Part shown: in pieces, positions 57,932-64,000 of the stretch
Layout: each line of letters opens with the position of its first letter
How positions within the stretch are numbered: the first letter of the stretch is position 1
From: Elusimicrobiota bacterium
GTDB taxonomy: Bacteria > Elusimicrobiota > Elusimicrobia > UBA1565 > UBA9628
Reading direction: 5' to 3'
NCBI GenBank assembly: GCA_027451985.1
Contig: DAIDHS010000014.1
Span: forward strand, 1,748-65,747
Length of the DNA: 64,000 nt
The notes under the pieces: generated by a model
The model's database searches: none
What the model was told of the DNA's origin: nothing
Seen by the model: the letters and a program-made list of their open reading frames with translations, nothing else
Translations under genes and position numbers: made by a program

Positions 57932-58134
57932 GGCCATGGCCGGGGGCCGGCCGGCTGGCCCCCGTATACCCCCCGTATACCTAGGGGAGTAGTGGGGTAT
58001 ACCCCAGGATCCCCGGATCGATCCCCCTAGGATCTGCCAGACAGACCCGATTTGGCTATTATAGCCGGGCTCTAGCGCTATCGATAGCGCTAGATAGCGC
58101 TAGGCCCTATGCCCGCGCGGGCCTGGCACCATGG
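57932..58134. repeat. dense array of perfect short palindromes in a divergent intergenic region
   Basis: The stretch contains GGCCATGGCC, GGCCGGCC, CGTATACC x2, GGGGTATACCCC, CCTAGG x2, GGATCC, GGATCGATCC, ggctat-t-atagcc, TAGCGCTA x3 (including the 20-bp TAGCGCTATCGATAGCGCTA), GCCCGCGCGGGC and CCATGG. Confidence 0.7.
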
Positions 58135-58195
58135 TCTCATGCGGCCCCCCCCGCCAAGTGTTCTTGAATAGCCCATCTTAACGTAGGAGGAACGC

Positions 58196-58795
58196 ATGAA
58201 AAAGTATCTTTTGAGCTTTGCGGCGCTGATGCTCTGCGCCACGGCCTACGCCGCCCTGCCGGCGTTTTCGCCCGCAATCAATATCGGCGCGATTCGGGCC
58301 GCCGCCCCCAAGCTCGCGGCGCCCGCCCCCCATCCCGTGGCCGCGCGAGCGCAGCCCGTTTCGACCTATCGCGGCTGGGACTATTCCTCGCCGGCCGTGA
58401 CGCTCGATGAGTGGAACGTGGGCGAGAGGCAGTATCTGCCCTATTGCCGCGGCTACGTGCGCTTGGAGCTCAAGAACGGCCGCGCCTACGTCATTTTCAA
58501 CCACGTCGAGCGCTGCTCGGAGTACGAAGTGCGCTCCAACGACGGCTACCGCGCCATCGACCGCGAGAAGTTCCTAAACGGCACCTGGACCTACGGCGGC
58601 AGCTACACCATCCCCAACGGCCTCACGCTGCTGGGCGAGAACAGCATCAGCCTGGTCCTGCACGCCGCGGGCGATATGCCCGCCCGCGGTGCTGCGGCAA
58701 GGACGCGTTTTGAAAAAACGTTTTCCGCTTCCGCAAGCGCCGCGGGCCGGCGCGCTCCCTACGACGTCGTCCGCGTGAACTTCTGGGCTTGGTAG
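58196..58795 (+). CDS. secreted hypothetical protein
   Basis: 199 aa. Strong SD aggagg, signal peptide MKKYLLSFAALMLCATAYA, GC lower than the flanks. Confidence 0.55.
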   Translation: MKKYLLSFAALMLCATAYAALPAFSPAINIGAIRAAAPKLAAPAPHPVAARAQPVSTYRGWDYSSPAVTLDEWNVGERQYLPYCRGYVRLELKNGRAYVIFNHVERCSEYEVRSNDGYRAIDREKFLNGTWTYGGSYTIPNGLTLLGENSISLVLHAAGDMPARGAAARTRFEKTFSASASAAGRRAPYDVVRVNFWAW

Positions 58796-58888
58796 GGGCG
58801 GGGCTAGACCGGGAAAGCGCGCCGCCGGATGACGTCTGCCGAAGGACGCGCCATTGCGCCCTGTGGCTTCTCCTGCTAAACTAAAGAT

Positions 58889-59089
58889 ATGAAACTTAAG
58901 GTCGTCTTCGAGAAAGACGAAACCGGCTACTACGTCGCTGAAGTTCCCGCATTGCCGGGGTGCCTCAGCCAAGGAAAGACTCTAGCCGAAGCCAAGGCGA
59001 ACATCCGCGAAGCCATCGTCGGCTGGGTGGCCGTCATGAACGCAAAAGCCGGGAAGCGCCACGGCCAGAGTACGTTAATCGCCGTCTGA
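58889..59089 (+). CDS. hicB: HicB-family antitoxin (short, UPF0150-like)
   Basis: MKLKVVFEKDETGYYVAEVPALPGCLSQGKTLAEAKANIREAI is the typical HicB N-terminal RNase-H-like fold. Confidence 0.65.
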   Translation: MKLKVVFEKDETGYYVAEVPALPGCLSQGKTLAEAKANIREAIVGWVAVMNAKAGKRHGQSTLIAV

Positions 59090-59101
59090 CCGAGTTCAGA
59101 C

Positions 59102-59323
59102 ATGGGGCACGGGCTTCGGCTGTGTTCCGGAGCCGAGGCCGTCAAGAAGTTTAAGCGAGCCGGATGGAGCGTTGATCGCCAAGTCGGCTCCCACGCCATG
59201 ATGACCAAGCCCGATTATCTTTACACCCTCTCCATTCCTCAACATAAAGAGCTAGGTTTAGGGCTTCTTAAGAAACTCCTGCGTCAGGCCGGGTTGAGCG
59301 CTGAAGAGTTCAACGATCTTTAA
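59102..59323 (+). CDS. hicA: HicA-family mRNA interferase toxin
   Basis: VKKFKRAGWSVDRQVGSHAMMTKPD....IPQHKELGLGLLKKLLRQAGLSAEEF matches the HicA dsRBD-like motif (GW..vrq.GSH, kkilkqAGl). The start could be an internal Met. Confidence 0.65.
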   Translation: MGHGLRLCSGAEAVKKFKRAGWSVDRQVGSHAMMTKPDYLYTLSIPQHKELGLGLLKKLLRQAGLSAEEFNDL

Positions 59324-59336
59324 AAATTCAGCGGCC

Positions 59337-59996
59337 ATGACAGGGGCTCCCTCGCTGGCCCAAGCCCGCCGCCTTTTAGTCCTCTCGCGGCGCGTCGGCT
59401 GGAAGTTCCCCACCTCGTCCGGGACCCCGGTCCCGCTGGGCGCCAGCGCCGGCCGGCTCGTGCAAAACCGCGCGGCGCTTTTAAAGGCCGCGCGGCAGTT
59501 CGCGCAAAGCGGCCAACCGGGCGAGGCCGCGGAATTGGCCGCGCGCCTCTGGCGGATCTGGATGCTGCCGCCGCGGGACTTAAAAGCGGGCCAAGCCTTT
59601 CTCAAAGCGGCCCTGGCCAAGGGCGGCGGCGCTCCCCGCTGGCGCGGCTTGAAGCCCGCGTTCGGGCAGGCGCCGCTGCACATGGGCGCGCAGGCCAACC
59701 GTCTGGCGGGAAACTACGGCCGGGCGGCCGCGCTTTTTCGCAAGAGCCTGGCGCTCAACCTCAAAGTGGGCGACAAACGGATGGCCCACATCGAGATGCA
59801 CAACCTGGGCCACGTGGAGTGCCGCAGGGGCCAAGCCGCCCTCGCCTTCGCGCGCGGCAACCGCAGCGATGCCGCCAAACTCTGCGGCCGCGCCCGCGCG
59901 ATTCTCAAAAAGTCCCGCGTCACGCTGGCGACGGACGACGCCTCCGAGCTCGCCTGGCTGCGCCGGCGCCTCAGGCGTTATACTGCGCGTCGCTGA
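59337..59996 (+). CDS. hypothetical helical (TPR-like?) protein; 3' end lies in left direct repeat
   Basis: 219 aa, Ala/Arg/Leu-rich helical. The C-terminal ...LRRYTARR* is encoded within the repeat. Confidence 0.4.
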   Translation: MTGAPSLAQARRLLVLSRRVGWKFPTSSGTPVPLGASAGRLVQNRAALLKAARQFAQSGQPGEAAELAARLWRIWMLPPRDLKAGQAFLKAALAKGGGAPRWRGLKPAFGQAPLHMGAQANRLAGNYGRAAALFRKSLALNLKVGDKRMAHIEMHNLGHVECRRGQAALAFARGNRSDAAKLCGRARAILKKSRVTLATDDASELAWLRRRLRRYTARR

Positions 59997-60038
59997 CTTT
60001 TTCCATCCACTCCACGGCCTGGCCGTCCTTGACGCCCT
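59966..60038. repeat. direct repeat, left copy (73 bp, identical to 62995-63067)
   Basis: gcgcctcaggcgttatactgcgcgtcgctgactttttccatccactccacggcctggccgtccttgacgccct. The similarity continues imperfectly for ~8 bp more. Confidence 0.85.
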
Positions 60039-60173
60039 GAATCGCGATGTGGGTCATGGGCGAGTCGGGCGCGGCGCCGGACGGAGTTGCCGCTTGACCT
60101 GAAATTATTGCTTTCAAGATGCGGCAGAGGGTAAAATGGAGAGGTCTTCGTCGTCAATCGAGCGAAAACAATC

Positions 60174-60767
60174 ATGCCCCCATCGCAGAAGGCCGCCGCG
60201 CCGGAGCTCTACGTCATCGCCGGCCCCAACGGGGCTGGAAAAACGACATTCGCGACTGAATTCCTGCCTCATTTCGCGAATTGCCGCGAATTTGTAAACG
60301 CAGATCTCATCGCGGGCGGCCTTTCCCCGTTCTCGCCCAGCGCGGCGGCAATCGAGGCAGGCCGGTTAATGCTTGCCAAAATCGAAGGGCTGGCCGCCCA
60401 ACGGCACACCTTTGCTTTCGAAACAACCTTGTCCGGCCGCAGCTATCTGGCCTTTTTCCGACGCCTCAAAGCGCGCGGGTATCGAATCCATATTATTTTT
60501 CTCTGGTTGCCCGGAGTCGATATCGCCATCCGCCGCGTAAAAGAGCGCGTCCAGCGCGGCGGCCATTCGGTTCCGGAGCCCGACATTCGGCGGCGGTTCG
60601 ACCGGGGAATCCGCAATCTGCTTGGCGATTACCAAGAGCTTGTCGACACGTGGACGCTCTTCGACAATTCGGGCGACCGGCCGCGCCTCGTCGCCTTGTT
60701 CAACGGCGCGGCAATCGCCGATATCGACAGCGCCCTATTTGATAAAATCAAAAGCAGGCTAAAATGA
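60174..60767 (+). CDS. zeta-toxin-family P-loop kinase-like protein
   Basis: 197 aa. Walker A IAGPNGAGKTTF, and ...FAFETTLSGRSY...IHIIFLWLPGVDIAIRRVKERVQRGGHSVPE..IRRRF are characteristic of the Zeta_toxin family. Confidence 0.7.
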   Translation: MPPSQKAAAPELYVIAGPNGAGKTTFATEFLPHFANCREFVNADLIAGGLSPFSPSAAAIEAGRLMLAKIEGLAAQRHTFAFETTLSGRSYLAFFRRLKARGYRIHIIFLWLPGVDIAIRRVKERVQRGGHSVPEPDIRRRFDRGIRNLLGDYQELVDTWTLFDNSGDRPRLVALFNGAAIADIDSALFDKIKSRLK

Positions 60768-60964
60768 ACGGAAAACGTAAACGTCCTCGCATCCCCCCCA
60801 TCGCCCGCAAAGCGGAGAAAGCCCTGCGCATCGCCGTCGCCAAGACGCTCGAGGATCACCGCCGAACCGGAGACCCTATCGTGGTCTGGAAAAACGGACG
60901 CGTCGTCACCATCCCCGCCAGCCGGATTCCGCGCTTGAAGCCCGCGCGGCGGCTTAAGAGTTAA
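60764..60964 (+). CDS. small basic protein translationally coupled (ATGA) to zeta-like gene; possible partner/antitoxin
   Basis: 66 aa, Arg/Lys-rich, with the start overlapping the preceding stop. Confidence 0.3.
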   Translation: MNGKRKRPRIPPIARKAEKALRIAVAKTLEDHRRTGDPIVVWKNGRVVTIPASRIPRLKPARRLKS

Positions 60965-61043
60965 GTCGGCCCAGCGCTATTGACTCAAGCGCGTGTGCGC
61001 CCTATCCTATGGGGCCTTCGAGTTTGCACGCCGCGCACGCGCG

Positions 61044-61922
61044 ATGCTGAAAATCAAAAGGGCCGCGACCAACAGCCTCCTCGCCTTGGGCGTGCTCCTG
61101 TCTTCCTGCGCGAAACAAAACCCGCGAATCGCTTTTAGGGACGCCGTGATTAAGGGCGACATCGCCGGCATGCAGGAGGCTTTAAAAGAGGGCGCCGATG
61201 TTAACGCCGAGGACAGGTACGGCGGAACGGCCATGGCCTACGCGGCACAGCATCATCACTGGGACATCGTTGAATTTCTGGCCGCCCACGGCGCAAATCC
61301 CAATACTCTTGGCCGAGGGAGATCAACCGCTTTAATGCAGATGAACGTGGGGATGACGCCTTTGATGTGGGCGGTTTATTCCAAGCGCGCCGATATGGTC
61401 AACTTTCTCATTGCGCATCATGCCGGCGCAGATGTTTTAAACAAGATGGGCTGGAGCGCTCTTAACTTCGCGATCCAGAATGACATGAGAGGTACCGCCA
61501 ATCTTCTCATCGCGCACGGCGCCGGCCTCAAAAGCCTGCGGGCCAGCGGAATGACGCCGCTCATCCAGAGCGTCTGGTTCAAGCATGAGAAAGAAGCCCG
61601 CAACCTTGTCGACCATGGCGCCGACGTCAACGCCCGGGATCAATGGAATATGACGCCGCTTTTGTACGCGGCAAAAGAAGATATGCAGGACACCGCCATT
61701 TTTTTAATTCGGCACGGCGCGAACACGAAGACTTTTGACAACGAAGGCCAAACGGCTTTGATTTGGGCCAGCAAAAACGACGAGCCGCGGCTTGCTCGGC
61801 TTTTAATCAAGAATGGCGCGAATCTTGGAATGAAGAACCTCAAGGGAGAGACGGCCCTCGAGATCGCCAAGCGCTTGCACCACGCGGACATCGCCAAGAT
61901 GATCCGGGACGCCGGCGGCTAA
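61044..61922 (+). CDS. ankyrin-repeat lipoprotein
   Basis: Start at MLKIKRAATNSLLALGVLLSSC (lipobox). At least 6 ANK repeats follow (G.TALM.A...GH..iV.fLi.hGAdvN). Confidence 0.7.
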   Translation: MLKIKRAATNSLLALGVLLSSCAKQNPRIAFRDAVIKGDIAGMQEALKEGADVNAEDRYGGTAMAYAAQHHHWDIVEFLAAHGANPNTLGRGRSTALMQMNVGMTPLMWAVYSKRADMVNFLIAHHAGADVLNKMGWSALNFAIQNDMRGTANLLIAHGAGLKSLRASGMTPLIQSVWFKHEKEARNLVDHGADVNARDQWNMTPLLYAAKEDMQDTAIFLIRHGANTKTFDNEGQTALIWASKNDEPRLARLLIKNGANLGMKNLKGETALEIAKRLHHADIAKMIRDAGG

Positions 61923-61957
61923 GCGGGCTATTTCCGAAATGCTATGCTCCCTCTACC

Positions 61958-62839
61958 ATGGAGAACAAACTGCGCTTAGGCGCGGCGCTGGCGGCGGGCC
62001 TGTTCCTCTTCGCTCCCCGGGCCCGGGCGGACGCGGGCTTTCGCCGGCACCATTACGCCGCCGGAGAAACCCTGCATTACCGCTACGAGGACACGGACAC
62101 CACTTTTGCGGCCGGCCGCAAAGACGGGATGATTGTGCCCGGCGCGCCGTTGCGCGTGCAGGAAATCCGCATCCCCGTGGCCATCAAGGTCCTGCGCGGG
62201 GCGCACGGGCTTGAGCGCGAACTGACCATCAGCCCCGCGGCCTGCTACCGCGCCGGCGCGCCGGGCGAATTCTCCAAGGCCCCCTGCCAAGCGCTCCATG
62301 CCGCGGACAAGAACATCCCCGAGGCCTTCTCCTACCGCTACCAAGACGACACGGCCGCCCTCGACTCCATGCAGGACATCTTCGCCAAAATCCGCAAGAG
62401 CCCCGTGGGCAGCTTCCTGTTCTACAAGATGGAGGACGTCCACCAGATGCAGGAGTCGGTCGAGAAAATTCCGGCCGGCATGCGGCCCGGGCAGATGAAG
62501 AGCTCCCCGGGCCACGAGCGGGGAGGCCTGGGCGGAAAATTCGTCTCGGGCTCCTCGCAGATCCTCTATGAGAGCACCGAGACCTTCGACGGGGTCAAGG
62601 CCGGCTATTTCAAGGCGACCAACCTGGGGAACCGGTTCTCGCTGCCTTCGGCCAAGGGGCTCAAGATCTACACGAATTTTTCCTTCACCGCGCACGTCGC
62701 TCTGGCCGGGCCGCGGCGGGGGCTTTTGCTCTTCGGGGAAGGCCAGGAGACGGCCTACGTCCTAAGAAAAGACGGGACGGGAATTTACCAGCCCGAAGTG
62801 ATTCTGCAGCGGCAGTTCTCCATCGGGCAAGGCTCGTAA
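61958..62839 (+). CDS. secreted hypothetical protein
   Basis: Start at MENKLRLGAALAAGLFLFAPRARA with a signal peptide. No motif recognised. Confidence 0.45.
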   Translation: MENKLRLGAALAAGLFLFAPRARADAGFRRHHYAAGETLHYRYEDTDTTFAAGRKDGMIVPGAPLRVQEIRIPVAIKVLRGAHGLERELTISPAACYRAGAPGEFSKAPCQALHAADKNIPEAFSYRYQDDTAALDSMQDIFAKIRKSPVGSFLFYKMEDVHQMQESVEKIPAGMRPGQMKSSPGHERGGLGGKFVSGSSQILYESTETFDGVKAGYFKATNLGNRFSLPSAKGLKIYTNFSFTAHVALAGPRRGLLLFGEGQETAYVLRKDGTGIYQPEVILQRQFSIGQGS

Positions 62840-62994
62840 GCGCCCGGGACGCACTGTGCGCGTGTCCGCCCAAGCCCCAGGGCGGAGAAAACTCTAAGTA
62901 TTTTTCGAAAGAGATCTTCCATTGCGTTTGCGCCGCTTACACTACAATAAGTCCGCAGGCCCGGTTTGTCGTGTAACCATTCAAGCGCCGAAGC

Positions 62995-63067
62995 GCGCCT
63001 CAGGCGTTATACTGCGCGTCGCTGACTTTTTCCATCCACTCCACGGCCTGGCCGTCCTTGACGCCCT
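62995..63067. repeat. direct repeat, right copy (73 bp)
   Basis: Identical to 59966-60038. It lies immediately 3' of the MNT-like gene's stop. Confidence 0.85.
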
Positions 63068-63642
63068 CAATCGAACTTCAGCGGCTTGCGGCCGAAGTGC
63101 TCTTCCAGGACGATGTTGAAGGTCTGATCCAGCGCGGGCAGGCGGCCGACGTAATAACCCCGCGCGACTTTGTAGTAGGCGATGAGCTTTTTGACGTCCG
63201 CCCGGCGTTCCTCGGCCAGGAAGCGGATGTCCTCGCGGTCCCGGTCGTTGTAGCGGCTAAGCTTGCTCAGGATGAGATCTTCCTTGCCCATGGCCAGAAT
63301 GCGCAAATGCTTGAGCCGCCCCTTTAGAATCTCGACGCTGCGTTCCTGCCACTCCGGCTCCGCGATGAGCATGAGGGTCGTATTCGCAGGCTGGAAGTAG
63401 ATTTGGTGCTTCTTCGCCAGCGGCGTGCCCTCGCCGGCAAGTTTTTCGAGTTTGCTCCGAATCCGCCCGTCCGCGACCCAGGCGTCGATGTCGGTCGTTC
63501 CGCGCTTCATGCCGTACGCGATGACCGCCGCCGCGCCGCCCAGCACGTAAAGCGCGATTTTGGCGGGGAGATTCTCCCCCGCGAAGCTCGCGTCGATCTC
63601 TTTTAGGAATTCGAAGAGCTCTTCTTCGCCCGCCTGCTTCAT
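63067..63642 (-). CDS. minimal nucleotidyltransferase (MNT)-fold protein, putative toxin-antitoxin component
   Basis: Start at MKQAGEEELFEFL (ATGA overlap with the upstream gene). GGAAAVIAYGMKRGTTDIDAWV fits the G[SG]...DxD nucleotidyltransferase signature. Confidence 0.45.
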   Translation of the reverse strand: MKQAGEEELFEFLKEIDASFAGENLPAKIALYVLGGAAAVIAYGMKRGTTDIDAWVADGRIRSKLEKLAGEGTPLAKKHQIYFQPANTTLMLIAEPEWQERSVEILKGRLKHLRILAMGKEDLILSKLSRYNDRDREDIRFLAEERRADVKKLIAYYKVARGYYVGRLPALDQTFNIVLEEHFGRKPLKFD

Positions 63643-63995
63643 CGCGGGAGATAACGTCTGAACGAGTCCAAATCGGCCGACGCCAGGCCGTGCCAAAACC
63701 GCAGCCATTGCGGAGTCCTCTCCCGCAGAAAATCGAGCGCCGCGCCGGTCTTGGGCCTGGTCCCCACGACTTCTTCCCGGTCGAGCTTCTTTTCCGCCAG
63801 GCCGTCATGCAGGCTTTGGAGGGTTTCCCACACCTTCGCGTCGACGCCCTTGGCCGCGCTCTTGAGCTTCAAGGCCGCGGCCAGGACCATGCCGAGCCGG
63901 TTCTGCAGGCCCAAAGCGTAGGCGCACGAGGCCAGCTTCGTCCAATCGACCTCGTCCGCGCGCGTCAAAAGCAGCGCGGGCAGCGCTTCGAACAC
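63639..63995 (-). CDS. helical hypothetical protein upstream of MNT-like gene (may be truncated at window edge)
   Basis: 118-aa ORF starting 5 nt from the window end. No motif recognised. Confidence 0.3.
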   Translation of the reverse strand: MFEALPALLLTRADEVDWTKLASCAYALGLQNRLGMVLAAALKLKSAAKGVDAKVWETLQSLHDGLAEKKLDREEVVGTRPKTGAALDFLRERTPQWLRFWHGLASADLDSFRRYLPR

Positions 63996-64000
63996 GCGCG

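Noticed and set aside
57932-58134. Calling the palindromic array a CRISPR array or a transposon terminal inverted repeat
   Set aside because: There are no regularly spaced identical repeats with unique spacers and no flanking transposase. The units are self-complementary 8-20-mers of different sequence.
59971-60057. 28-aa minus-strand [31 protein letters not shown] inside the left direct repeat
   Set aside because: It is probably a chance ORF created by the repeat sequence. The right copy lacks a start codon, and the plus-strand gene 59337..59996 explains the coding signal here.

Overview
This is a 64 kb high-GC bacterial chromosomal window; GC looks to be roughly two-thirds by eye and was not computed. 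The organism is diderm: TolC, OprO/P-type porin, BamE-like lipoprotein and PorV-like barrel genes are present. It is densely coding, mostly on the minus strand, with many 1-4 nt start/stop overlaps. The centrepiece (about 4.4-21.5 kb, minus strand) is a complete class II lanthipeptide (RiPP) cluster of the prochlorosin/NHLP type. It has two precursor peptides with nitrile-hydratase-leader-like (NHLP) leaders ending in GG and Cys/Ser/Thr-rich cores. It has a ProcM-like LanM whose zinc motif is CCG rather than CHG, and three uncharacterised tailoring genes: a JmjC/cupin 2OG-Fe oxygenase, a UPF0489-like protein and a GNAT. Export is by the NHLM-type set: HlyD, a C39-peptidase ABC transporter, an ABC transporter with a cNMP-binding-like domain, and TolC. 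A secreted papain-like protease follows directly. A standalone cNMP-binding-like protein is translationally coupled to precursor A2, and a Cys-loop (pentameric ligand-gated) ion-channel homologue heads the operon. Other notable content is listed below. (1) A sulfur-carrier cysteine-biosynthesis operon, cysM - JAMM/Mec+ - fused [ThiS/MoaD-like domain]-MoeB-rhodanese. (2) A low-GC island next to tRNA-Arg with an integrase remnant, carrying a C-protein-controlled restriction-modification system (C-box, putative PD-(D/E)xK REase, Dcm-type m5C MTase, Vsr). (3) An intergenic stretch built almost entirely of perfect 8-20 bp palindromes (57932-58134). (4) A HicB/HicA pair. (5) A 3.0 kb islet bounded by perfect 73 bp direct repeats, carrying a zeta-toxin-like P-loop protein, an ankyrin lipoprotein and secreted proteins. 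(6) Many secreted peptidases: C1 cysteine, S1 serine, M4/M36 metallo with a T9SS-like C-terminal domain, NlpC/P60 and another HExxH. Housekeeping genes are glpK, typA, pepP, pilT, an MscS-like channel, tRNA-Asn and tRNA-Arg. Long ORFs antisense to real genes in this GC-rich DNA were treated as spurious. All calls rest on motif recognition in the supplied translations; no database search was possible.
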